Source: an uncultured Bacilli bacterium
GTDB taxonomy: Bacteria; Bacillota_I; Bacilli_A; RF39; UBA660
Length of the DNA: 60,403 bases
NCBI GenBank assembly: GCA_947627995.1
Contig: CANQYE010000004.1
Location: forward strand, 1-60,403
Reading direction: 5' to 3'
Shown here in pieces: positions 50,272 to 59,782 of the stretch (the stretch's first letter is position 1; each line of letters starts with the position of its first letter). The notes below the pieces were generated by a model that did not search any database, had not been told where the DNA came from, and saw nothing but the letters and a program-made list of their open reading frames with translations. Position numbers and translations under genes: made by a program.

Positions 50272-52340
50272 GCCAATTTATCATCACCAATTCTAATTAC
50301 TTTTTCAAATAATTTATCCATGTCTCTATGACAGACATAAATTAAAGTTTTATTATTTAAAAATTCCAATAAATCTTTTATTATAGCTTTCTCCAATTCT
50401 TTATCTACTTCAGATAATGCTTCATCTAATATAATAATATTATTATCTCTAGCCAATGCTCTAGCAAGTAAAATACGTTGCCTTTCTCCACCAGATAAAT
50501 TGATCCCATTTTCAGCTAAAAAAGTATCTAATCTTAATGGCTTATTATCTATTATTTTATCTATACGACAAATTTTAATAATTTTATTCAATTGTTCTAA
50601 AGTCAATTTCTGCTCTAAATCGATATTATTTTTAATAGTATCACTAAATATATTTTCTTTTTGTGATAAATAAGTGATATTTTTCCTAATAGTTTCTAAT
50701 GAATAATCTAAAATATTGATATTATTAACAATAATATTACCTTTTTTAGGTTTTATTAACCTATATAATAATTTACAAAATGTACTTTTTCCACCTCCTG
50801 ATTTGCCTTTAATCATGATTTTTTCATTTTTATTTATTTTTAATGAAAAATTTGAAAGAATATTATTATAATTATTATAAGTAAATGTAATATTTTTAAA
50901 TTCTATATCACCATTTAAAAATGATTCATTTTTAGGATTTAAATTTTCACAAGGAACATTATAAAAATCACTTAATTTGCGGAATACAAACTTAATAAAA
51001 CTTATTTTAGGTATTGTAACTGCTAAATTTTTCAGTGGTTCAAATATATAAAATATTAGAAAATTTATTGTAATTAAATCCACAATAACAAGTTCATTTT
51101 TTAAATATAAATATAAACCTAATGTCAAAATAATAAATAAACCAATCTCTATTATAAAATTTTGAAAAGCATTTTGTATATTTAATAAATGATTAAATGT
51201 AAAATTATGCTTTAAATATTTAATAAAACTATATTCTATTTTTTCCATGTATTTTTTTTCATAATTATTATTTTTAATAGTCTCCAAACTATTTATGCCT
51301 TCAATAAGTTTTGAATTAAAATCTGTTTCATATAATATGTTTTCTTGCAATTTTTTTTGAATAAATTTATTAAATATAAATGTTATAAAGATATAAAATA
51401 AAATAATGAATAGTATAATAATAAATATTTTATTATTTATCCTATATATAACAAAAAATGTAATAAATGCTAATAGTAAATCTAAAAACAAACTTATAAA
51501 TATTTTTGAAAATAATGTTTTTATCTCATTTAATTCAGATACCCGTGTGATAATTTCTCCAGGAGTTTTACTTTTAGCATAATTAGAAGGAAGATAAAAT
51601 ATATGATTCAAATATGGTATAAAAAGTTTTATATCAATATTTTTATTTAAAAAATTTTCTAAATAATTTCTAATTGATTGTAACAATATTTTCAATACAT
51701 AAATTATTAAAAATAGAACAACACTGATTTTAAATAGTATAAAATTGGTAGAATTATCAATTGCATTTACAGCTACTTTAAAATAAAAACTAGTAAATAT
51801 ATTGCAACCCATGAACAAAATAGATATAAGAATAATTTTTATTAACAGAGATTTATATTGAAAAAATAAATTTACTAAAATTTTTAAAATAGTATTTGTG
51901 TTTGTGATTTTTGGTATGATAGATATTGGAGTTACAATTATTACAAAGTTATTCCAAATATTTTTCCACTCATCATAGCTAATTGCTCTATTCCCGTAAG
52001 CCGGATCCATAATATGTATCTTTTTTTTTCGCTTATCTATTTTATAAATAACCACAAAATGGTCATATTTTTCATATATTGTAACATGAGCTATAACTGG
52101 TAAGTTAATTTTATCACATATCAAATATTCGAAATTAAGTTTTAAGCCTATAGCATCAAAGCCATATTTTTTTAAAGTCTCAATTATATGAAAAGCAGTT
52201 GTTCCATTAGAAGAAGTACAACTATCAATTTTTAACTTTTCTAATGGAACATAACCATTAAAATATTTAATTATTGACAACATACAACATGCACCGCAAT
52301 CTTTAAAATCTACTTGTTTTACCAAATATTTTCCTCGCAT
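50268..52340 (-). CDS. peptidase C39-containing ABC transporter (PCAT)
   Basis: QVDFKDCGACC, HFVV, MDPAYG; ABC membrane domain; GKSGGGKST, LSGGERQR, ILDEA. Confidence 0.95.
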   Translation of the reverse strand: MRGKYLVKQVDFKDCGACCMLSIIKYFNGYVPLEKLKIDSCTSSNGTTAFHIIETLKKYGFDAIGLKLNFEYLICDKINLPVIAHVTIYEKYDHFVVIYKIDKRKKKIHIMDPAYGNRAISYDEWKNIWNNFVIIVTPISIIPKITNTNTILKILVNLFFQYKSLLIKIILISILFMGCNIFTSFYFKVAVNAIDNSTNFILFKISVVLFLIIYVLKILLQSIRNYLENFLNKNIDIKLFIPYLNHIFYLPSNYAKSKTPGEIITRVSELNEIKTLFSKIFISLFLDLLLAFITFFVIYRINNKIFIIILFIILFYIFITFIFNKFIQKKLQENILYETDFNSKLIEGINSLETIKNNNYEKKYMEKIEYSFIKYLKHNFTFNHLLNIQNAFQNFIIEIGLFIILTLGLYLYLKNELVIVDLITINFLIFYIFEPLKNLAVTIPKISFIKFVFRKLSDFYNVPCENLNPKNESFLNGDIEFKNITFTYNNYNNILSNFSLKINKNEKIMIKGKSGGGKSTFCKLLYRLIKPKKGNIIVNNINILDYSLETIRKNITYLSQKENIFSDTIKNNIDLEQKLTLEQLNKIIKICRIDKIIDNKPLRLDTFLAENGINLSGGERQRILLARALARDNNIIILDEALSEVDKELEKAIIKDLLEFLNNKTLIYVCHRDMDKLFEKVIRIGDDKLA

Positions 52341-52449
52341 TTTCTCTCCCTTCAAAAGATATTTACGTTTTTTTTAGCATGTTTCCTTTTTTCTTGAATA
52401 TTTTTTTATTAAAATAATAAAATTTAATAGTACGAAAGGGAAGATAAAA

Positions 52450-52956
52450 ATGATTAACAAACAAAAACTATGGTTCTTAACATTATTTAGTTTAATTTTA
52501 GTATTAAGTATTTATTATATTACAATGCCAGAAGATGTTTTGAAAGACATTAAAACAGAAACAGTTTCCAAAGAAACTAAAAATAATAAGGCTACAATTG
52601 ATGTTGAGGAAAGTGAAGCATTAACAGCACTAAGAATTGAATCTGATGAAAAAGTAATTAAAGAAATGAATGCATTACAAGAAATATTACTTGACAAAAA
52701 ATCTACTACTGAAGATAAAAATAATGCATATGAGTCATTAAAAGATTTAAATTTAAATAAAGGAAAAGAAGAAAATTTAGAAAAATTAGTAAAAAACGAA
52801 TTAAAACTTAAAACATTTATTAAAATTAATAAAGATCAAATAAAAGTAGTAGTTGATGAAAAAAAACACGATGCTAAAATAGCTAATCAAATAATTAGAT
52901 TAATTCAAAAAGAATTTGATAATCAAATGTATATTACAGTTAAATTCCAAAGTTAG
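52450..52956 (+). CDS. spoIIIAH: SpoIIIAH-like protein
   Basis: MINKQKLWFLTLFSLILVLSIYYI, coiled segment, ring-building-type C-terminus. Confidence 0.8.
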   Translation: MINKQKLWFLTLFSLILVLSIYYITMPEDVLKDIKTETVSKETKNNKATIDVEESEALTALRIESDEKVIKEMNALQEILLDKKSTTEDKNNAYESLKDLNLNKGKEENLEKLVKNELKLKTFIKINKDQIKVVVDEKKHDAKIANQIIRLIQKEFDNQMYITVKFQS

Positions 52957-53048
52957 TCATTTTTAGGCATTAACTCTCACTATCTTTAAAATAATTCATA
53001 AAATAATATGAAAGTTATTAAACCCATCTGAAGAAAGTGAGGGAAAAA

Positions 53049-53255
53049 ATGAAAAAAAGTATTTTAACTGATAGAGAACAAGAAGTATTTGAATTATTAG
53101 TTCAAAATAAATCAACTAAAGAAATAGCAAATGAATTAAATATAAGTGAAAAAACTGTGCGCAATCACATATCTAATGCCATGCAAAAATTAGGAGTAAA
53201 AGGACGTGCGCAAGCTGTAGTTGAATTATTAAAATTGGGTGAAATATCATTATAA
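53049..53255 (+). CDS. gerE: spore coat transcription factor GerE
   Basis: LTDREQEVFELLVQNKSTKEIA...ISEKTVRNHISNAMQKLGVKGRAQAVVELLKLGEISL. Confidence 0.93.
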   Translation: MKKSILTDREQEVFELLVQNKSTKEIANELNISEKTVRNHISNAMQKLGVKGRAQAVVELLKLGEISL

Positions 53256-53318
53256 ATTCGAGTCGATTTTTTCGACTTTTTTTAATTAAAATTTCATATT
53301 ATTAAGTAAGGTGATTAT

Positions 53319-54272
53319 ATGTTTAAAACATTATGTGTAAAAAGAATAACAATAGCAACTTTAGCTCTAATTATTTTAGGATTATTATGTTTATTTCCAA
53401 GTAAAAACAATAATTTAGAAATTGAACAAAAAACTAAATATAACAGCAACTATTTAGAAAATAGTATTTATCTATTAGATAAAGATGAATATGTTGCAAG
53501 AGTAAATATTCTTTATAAAAGTAATAATGATTTATCAAAAATAAAAGAAATTATAGAATCACTAACTATTAATAGTTCAAAAAAAGAATATATCCCCAAT
53601 GGGTTTACACCATTAATACCGGAAGGCACTAAACTTTTAAATTTTGATTTACAAAACAATATATTAAAAATAAATTTTTCTAAAGATATCTTAAAAGTAA
53701 ATCAAAATAATGAAGAAAAAATGATTGAAGCTCTAATCTATTCTTTAACAACAATTGATAGTGTTAAAAAGATTATGATATTCGTAGAAGGCAATCAATT
53801 ACAAGAATTACCTCATTCTAAAAAAAGTTTACCATTAACATTAGATAGAAATTATGGGATAAATAAAGTATATAATATTGATAATATTAAAAATACTACT
53901 AAAACAACAGTTTACTTTATCAATAAATTTAATGATTATTACTATTATGTACCTGTAACAAAAATTAATAATGAAAAAGCTAGTAAAATAGAAATAATAA
54001 TTGAAGAACTTAAAAGTTCTCCAAATATTCAAACAAATTTAATGAGTTTTTTAAATAGTAACACTGGGTTATTAAATTATGAAATTTTAGAAGATAGTAT
54101 AAACTTAAGCTTTAATAAATATTTACTTGATGACTTTGAAAAAGAAAATATTTTAGAAGAGGTTAAATACGCAATAGCCTTATCTGTTAAAGATAGTTAT
54201 GAAGTTTCGACTTTAAATTTTTATGTTAGTGATAAATTAATTGATTCATCTAATCTTTTAAATTTAGATTAA
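53319..54272 (+). CDS. gerM: GerM (two GerMN domains)
   Basis: IPNGFTPLIPEGTKLL, LDRNYGIN, YYVPVT; upstream CATATTAT box. Confidence 0.85.
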   Translation: MFKTLCVKRITIATLALIILGLLCLFPSKNNNLEIEQKTKYNSNYLENSIYLLDKDEYVARVNILYKSNNDLSKIKEIIESLTINSSKKEYIPNGFTPLIPEGTKLLNFDLQNNILKINFSKDILKVNQNNEEKMIEALIYSLTTIDSVKKIMIFVEGNQLQELPHSKKSLPLTLDRNYGINKVYNIDNIKNTTKTTVYFINKFNDYYYYVPVTKINNEKASKIEIIIEELKSSPNIQTNLMSFLNSNTGLLNYEILEDSINLSFNKYLLDDFEKENILEEVKYAIALSVKDSYEVSTLNFYVSDKLIDSSNLLNLD

Positions 54273-54327
54273 AAAATAGTTGAAAGAATTTATAATATAT
54301 GGTATGATTTATCCTGTAATGAATTAC

Positions 54328-54404
54328 GTCCTCGTAGCTCAGCTGGATAGAGCATACGCCTTCTAAGCGTACGGTCAAGTGTTCGAATCACTTCGGGGAC
54401 ACCA
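54328..54404 (+). tRNA. tRNA-Arg(TCT)
   Basis: GTCCTCGTAGCTCAGCTGGATAGAGCATACGCCTTCTAAGCGTA...GTTCGAATCACTTCGGGGACACCA. Confidence 0.97.
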
Positions 54405-54442
54405 GATTGATAAAAAACTCAAACTTTTATAGTTTGAGTTTT
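54401..54442 (+). repeat. tRNA-3'-end-associated repeat, copy C
   Basis: ACCAGATTGATAAAAAACTCAAACTTTTATAGTTTGAGTTTT. Confidence 0.82.
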
Positions 54443-54493
54443 AATATATATTTTTTTAATATAATATTTATAAATTTAAATTGAAATGATATT

Positions 54494-55105
54494 TTAATTA
54501 TTTAATAAGTTTAAAGATTTACTTTTTTGTTTTTGATAATCTGCTCTAATTCGAACTAAAATTTTATCTAAATCCGATGTTATAATTTTTCCACCATTAC
54601 TTGTTATCTTTTTTATCTCTTCATCCGTTAAATAATTAAATAATGGTTCACATTCATCAAAATGAATATATTCTGAGCAAATAGAGAGATGTTCTGATTT
54701 AGGATGCATTCTATACCAAGCTTCAAAGTCATTATGATATTCATAACATATACCATCATATGTTGTTGTGCATAATATATATAAATTTGTTTTATTATTT
54801 ATATTGGAATTTTCTATTACAATTAAATTTTTTACATCGAATGTTTCTTCTTTTTTTAGTTCTTCTTTTTGTTTCACTAAAGAATTTATATCTTTTTCTA
54901 GCTCTTCCCGTTTTGTAATATAATCAGTTAAATACTTATCGACTAATTCATTATCAATCATAAATTTAGTAGAATTATTTTTAGATGAATTATTATCTTT
55001 AGAATCTAATTTCCCTAATCCGAAACCGGATGCAACTAATACTAAACTTAATCCTCCTGATATTATTCTAGTTTTTAATTTTTCATTAATTCTAATATTT
55101 TTCAT
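54494..55105 (-). CDS. hypothetical exported or membrane-anchored protein
   Basis: Start MKNIRIN after AAGGAG; hydrophobic segment, coiled coil, Cys/His-containing domain. Confidence 0.75.
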   Translation of the reverse strand: MKNIRINEKLKTRIISGGLSLVLVASGFGLGKLDSKDNNSSKNNSTKFMIDNELVDKYLTDYITKREELEKDINSLVKQKEELKKEETFDVKNLIVIENSNINNKTNLYILCTTTYDGICYEYHNDFEAWYRMHPKSEHLSICSEYIHFDECEPLFNYLTDEEIKKITSNGGKIITSDLDKILVRIRADYQKQKSKSLNLLNN

Positions 55106-55241
55106 ATAATCAGCTCCTTGGACAAGTATTATATAAAAAAATATTCTAGCTGTCAAATTTAACAACTAGAATATTTTTTCTCTTAATTTAAATTTTAAAA
55201 ATATTTATAGCTTGATGTTTTATAAAATTTTTATTTTGTTT

Positions 55242-56534
55242 TTAATTATTTTTACTTGAAATCTCTAAAATACAATATTCGTCTAATTTTAAATAACTAA
55301 TAACTTCGTTCAATTCATCAATATTTAATTCTTTAATTGTATTATAAATATTTGTCTTTATTTTTCCATCAATTAATAAATTTTGTTGTAAAAGTATGTT
55401 TACAGCTTGGATGTTATCACTATTTATTATATAAGAGCTAATTAATACTCTTTTTCTTCTTTCAATAAATTCTTCGGGTATAATTATTTTACTTAATGCT
55501 TTGAAAATATGTTTTTTAAATTCTTCTTTATAATTAGTTTCCCCTATAATATTTATTATTATATAATCATGTTCTTTTTTTATAAAACTATCATAATCTA
55601 TTGGGATATTTAAAATGTTATTAGTTGTCAAATTTTCATATAAATCACTGGATGAACCAAATAAATACTCTAAAATCAAATTTAAATATGCTCCCAATGA
55701 ATAATCACTCATATTTAAATTTTGAAAATTTTTATAAGGGATTTTAAATGATATTTTTATTAAAGGCATACTAACATTCATAATATTTTTATCATATTTT
55801 TTAACAACTTTTATCGGTTCTTTCACGCGTTTCACTAATGGTTTTTGAAATTTTTTTATTTTAATGTTTTTCATTGATTCATTTACAATAGCTATTGCCT
55901 CATTTTTATTAAAATTACCCGTAATTATTAAAAACATATTTTCCGGCTGATAAAAAGTATTATAACAATCTTTTATATTTTTTAATTTTATTTTTTTTAT
56001 ATCTTCAATTTCTCCAGCTATACTATTTTTCATATTATCATTTTTAAATAACATACTATTTGTTTTATGAAACATATATGATCCTGGATTATCTTTCCCC
56101 ATTTTTATTTCTTCACTTATAATTCCAATTTCTGCTTTAATCATTTTTTCTGTAAAATATGGTGTATAAACATATTTCAATAAATATTCTAAATTTTCTT
56201 TAAACTTAGAATTTGCCAATACTTCATAATAAGTAAGACGGAAAGAAGTAGCTGCATTTATTTGTGACCCTAAATTTGCAAAGTGTTCATGAGCAGTTTC
56301 ATCAGGCATATAAAACATACAATGTTCTAAAAAATGTGCAATACCATTTGGAACTTTTTTATATTTTTTATCATTTTTAAATTTAAATTCCGTTTGTATA
56401 GAGCCATAATTAACATTTAAAGTAATATAAAAACTAGTAACCTTTTCATTTGGGACTAAATAAACATCTAGTCCTTGAGGATTTTTATAATAATAAACAT
56501 ATTGATTTATTCCGCTCAGTAAATATTCCTTCAT
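55242..56534 (-). CDS. ymfH: M16 zinc peptidase (YmfH-like)
   Basis: VPNGIAHFLEHCMF (HxxEH), NAATSF, FYQPENM. Confidence 0.88.
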   Translation of the reverse strand: MKEYLLSGINQYVYYYKNPQGLDVYLVPNEKVTSFYITLNVNYGSIQTEFKFKNDKKYKKVPNGIAHFLEHCMFYMPDETAHEHFANLGSQINAATSFRLTYYEVLANSKFKENLEYLLKYVYTPYFTEKMIKAEIGIISEEIKMGKDNPGSYMFHKTNSMLFKNDNMKNSIAGEIEDIKKIKLKNIKDCYNTFYQPENMFLIITGNFNKNEAIAIVNESMKNIKIKKFQKPLVKRVKEPIKVVKKYDKNIMNVSMPLIKISFKIPYKNFQNLNMSDYSLGAYLNLILEYLFGSSSDLYENLTTNNILNIPIDYDSFIKKEHDYIIINIIGETNYKEEFKKHIFKALSKIIIPEEFIERRKRVLISSYIINSDNIQAVNILLQQNLLIDGKIKTNIYNTIKELNIDELNEVISYLKLDEYCILEISSKNN

Positions 56535-57793
56535 GATTTCACCCCGTCACTTAACATAAATATAGTATTTATTTTTAGTTTTTGAGCAAGCTTAACAACA
56601 TCTTCTTTGGTAATATCTTGAAATTCTTTTATCCTTTTTTCAATTAATGGGACATTATCAAAAACATTAAAAATATAATTATTGACTAAAATATCCGGAT
56701 AATCGTAGGACATTTGTAAAGATGTTATGATATTTTTTTTGGCACTTTCAAGTTCCTCAAGAGTAATATTTCCTTCCTTTAATTCATTTATAGATTCGTA
56801 TATTAGATTACGAGCCTTTAAATAATTTTTTTTAGAAATACTAGAATTTATAATAATTATTGATGAGTACTTTTGGTATATACTTGAAACGTTATAACAT
56901 AATGAATTTTTTTGCCGTAAATTTACAGCAAGTTTACTGGATAAAGAATTGCCGCCTAAAATATTATTTAAAACAAACATTGTAATATTTTTTTCTTTAT
57001 TATTTAATTTTACTAAATTTATACCTATTACTAGCTTAGATTGTAATAATGAAGAATTTTCTTTTAGTTCCAATACTTTACTTCTAGTTGGCATCTTATT
57101 TACTAATTTTACTTCACCTAAAGCTTTTTTTAAATTAAATATTTTTTTTAATTTTAATACTACATCTTCCATGTCCAAATTTCCAATGACAAATAAATTC
57201 CAATCATCTTGTTTTAAAATCTTTAAATAAAATTTGTATAAATTTTCTTTGGTAATTTTTTCAAGATCATTTAAATTTCCATCCATATTTATTGATTCAA
57301 TTGAATTTTTTTTCATGCTTTCTAGCAATTTAAAAATACTATATCGCATAGGATCATCTTTTGTACTTAAAATATTGTTTCTAATTCTTTTTTTAACTAT
57401 TTCAAAATTTTTTTCATTAAAGCCATTATTATTAATATCTGGATTATTTATAATCTCATTAAATAATTCTAATATATCATCTATTTTTTCATTTTCAAAA
57501 TATATTGGATTTAAAAAATCAATTATATAACTGGTAAATATATATTTTCCAACTTTATTAATAGAGCTATATAACCCTGTATCATAAAGGTTTTCTAATT
57601 TTATTTTTAATTTTTTATTTGAATTATAATTTTTGGTTGATTCAATTAGCAATTCAGATAAAAAAGATCTTTTTGTTACTTCATCTTTAATAAGTTTACT
57701 TCTACTTATTAATTCTATTCGACAATTTTTAAATTTATCTGTTTTAATTGTATAAATATTAATATTTCTTGTTTTGTACTTTTTATATACCAA
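56531..57793 (-). CDS. ymfF: inactive M16 peptidase subunit (YmfF-like)
   Basis: KTDKFKN, ILGG...SKLAVNLRQKNSLCY; no HxxEH; TTG start after GAGGTG. Confidence 0.82.
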   Translation of the reverse strand: MVYKKYKTRNINIYTIKTDKFKNCRIELISRSKLIKDEVTKRSFLSELLIESTKNYNSNKKLKIKLENLYDTGLYSSINKVGKYIFTSYIIDFLNPIYFENEKIDDILELFNEIINNPDINNNGFNEKNFEIVKKRIRNNILSTKDDPMRYSIFKLLESMKKNSIESINMDGNLNDLEKITKENLYKFYLKILKQDDWNLFVIGNLDMEDVVLKLKKIFNLKKALGEVKLVNKMPTRSKVLELKENSSLLQSKLVIGINLVKLNNKEKNITMFVLNNILGGNSLSSKLAVNLRQKNSLCYNVSSIYQKYSSIIIINSSISKKNYLKARNLIYESINELKEGNITLEELESAKKNIITSLQMSYDYPDILVNNYIFNVFDNVPLIEKRIKEFQDITKEDVVKLAQKLKINTIFMLSDGVKS

Positions 57794-57841
57794 AGAAATC
57801 ACCTCATTTCTTTAGTATACGTTCTTTTAAATATTTTATAA

Positions 57842-58969
57842 TTATTTTATATATTTATTATATTCCTTAATTATAAAATCATCAGTCATGCCAGCTAAAT
57901 AATCAATAACAATTCGAGCATTTGAATTATTTTGTAAATATTTTTCGGGCATTGTCATAATAAATAAATTATAAATATCACTTTCAGTATTTTTTTCATT
58001 TAAATCTTCTAAAAATTTTTGAAACAATTTTCTAAAAATATTTTTATAATATAAAATATCTTTCTTTGAATTTGCTTTATTATATATATTTTTATAATTA
58101 AAATCTTTTAACGATTTAATAGCATTATAAATTTTTGGACTTAATTTTATATAAGGCTTAGCAAAACTATTTTTAATAATATCTAAGACAATTGTATTTA
58201 TTATTTGACTATTATTAGATCCTAATATATTAGTAATTTCTTTAGGAATATCTTCAACTTTAAGTAAGTTTAAACGTATTGCATCTTCAATATCTCTACC
58301 TAAATATCCAATCATATCACTTATTCTAACAATGCATCCTTCTAAAGTCATTGGCTTTAATGTTTTAATAAAATTCTTATTTTTATATGATTTTTGATAT
58401 TCATCAAAAAAAATCTGTACATTCTTTTTTACTGGATAATATTTTCCTAAAATAAATTCACCATTATGGCACATTATAGCATCAAGAGTTTGTAAAGTAA
58501 TATTTTTGTTTTCAATGACCATTAAATTTCTCACACTTTGAATATTATGATTAAAATAACCTTCATTATTTTCTAAACTTATTTCATTTAAAATTGATTC
58601 CCCGATATGACCAAAAGGAACATGTCCAAGATCATGACCCAAAGAAGCCGCTTCAATTAAATCTTCATTCAAATTTAAAGCTCTACCAATTGTTCTTGCA
58701 ATTTTACTAACTAATTGTACATGAATTATTCTTTTTGATATATTATCATTATCATTTAAACTAAAAACTTGCGTTTTATCAATATATCGTGTATAGGAAA
58801 GAGAATATATAATTCTATCAACATCTTTAAAAAAAGATGGACGTATATCTTTTTTATCTTCATATAAGTACATTGCATCACTATTTTTAGTAGCGAATTT
58901 TGATAAATATTTATCTTTAAAGTTTAAGTTAGCTTTTAATTTACTATTAATATTCATTTTTTTATTCAC
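57842..58969 (-). CDS. HD-domain dGTP triphosphohydrolase-like protein
   Basis: DVDRIIYS, KTQVF, GHDLGHVPFGHIGE, DIEDA, DYLAGMTD. Confidence 0.9.
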   Translation of the reverse strand: MNKKMNINSKLKANLNFKDKYLSKFATKNSDAMYLYEDKKDIRPSFFKDVDRIIYSLSYTRYIDKTQVFSLNDNDNISKRIIHVQLVSKIARTIGRALNLNEDLIEAASLGHDLGHVPFGHIGESILNEISLENNEGYFNHNIQSVRNLMVIENKNITLQTLDAIMCHNGEFILGKYYPVKKNVQIFFDEYQKSYKNKNFIKTLKPMTLEGCIVRISDMIGYLGRDIEDAIRLNLLKVEDIPKEITNILGSNNSQIINTIVLDIIKNSFAKPYIKLSPKIYNAIKSLKDFNYKNIYNKANSKKDILYYKNIFRKLFQKFLEDLNEKNTESDIYNLFIMTMPEKYLQNNSNARIVIDYLAGMTDDFIIKEYNKYIK

Positions 58970-59026
58970 CTAAATTGATTATAACAAAAAAATATGATAT
59001 ATTCAAAATAGAAGGGGCTGAGCAAA

Positions 59027-59740
59027 ATGGAACCAGTACATTTTATCGCAAATAAAGAAAATGTAGCTGAAATAGTTTTAATGGCAGGAGATCCACTTAG
59101 AGCAAAATATATTGCGGAAAAATTTCTAACAAATGCAAAATGCATTAATGTTATAAGAAATATGCTTGCATTTACTGGCGAATACAAAGGTAAAAAAGTT
59201 ACTATAGCATCCTCAGGTATGGGATGCCCTAGTATGAGTATATATGCTTATGAACTTTTTCATTTTTACAATGTAAAAAAAATTATTCGCATTGGAACAT
59301 GTGCTTCATTATCAAAAAATATAAAAATAGGAACTAACATTATTGCTGATAAAGCTTTTAGTATTTCATCTATAGATTTAGCTATAAACAAAAAACACAA
59401 ATATTATTATGAAGCTGATATAGAAACAAACAATATATTAGAGAAAATTTTTAAAGATAAGAATTATAAATATGTAAGAGGTAACATATTAACAGGTGAT
59501 GTTTTTGATGTTTATTTTGATATATCGCATATTTTAGAATTTTTTAAAGATAAGAATTTAATCGCCGGAGAAATGGAAACTTTCGCATTATTTCTAATAG
59601 CAAAAAAAGAAAATAAAAAAGCAAGTTGTATTTTAACAACGGTTGATAGTAAATTTGAAAATTATATCATTTCACCAGAAGATAGAGAAAAACATCTTGA
59701 CGAGATGATAATATCTGCCTTAGAAAGCATATTATATTAA
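59027..59740 (+). CDS. deoD: purine nucleoside phosphorylase (DeoD type)
   Basis: GDPLRAKYIAE, SGMGCPS, IIRIGTC, EMET. Confidence 0.9.
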   Translation: MEPVHFIANKENVAEIVLMAGDPLRAKYIAEKFLTNAKCINVIRNMLAFTGEYKGKKVTIASSGMGCPSMSIYAYELFHFYNVKKIIRIGTCASLSKNIKIGTNIIADKAFSISSIDLAINKKHKYYYEADIETNNILEKIFKDKNYKYVRGNILTGDVFDVYFDISHILEFFKDKNLIAGEMETFALFLIAKKENKKASCILTTVDSKFENYIISPEDREKHLDEMIISALESILY

Positions 59741-59750
59741 TATTATAAAT

Positions 59751-59778
59751 AAAACACTTTTGTTTTCAAAAGTGTTTT
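59751..59778. terminator. bidirectional terminator
   Basis: AAAACACTTTTG-TTTT-CAAAAGTGTTTT. Confidence 0.75.
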
Positions 59779-59782
59779 AAAT

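Noticed and set aside
1477-59187. Short antisense or overlapping ORFs in the track (e.g. 1477-1725, 3671-3898, 4295-4597, 11843-12028, 16706-17041, 24615-24998, 30054-30371, 32691-33011, 43521-43820, 58966-59187)
   Set aside because: They lie opposite well-supported genes, lack an RBS or motifs, and have the composition of shadow frames.
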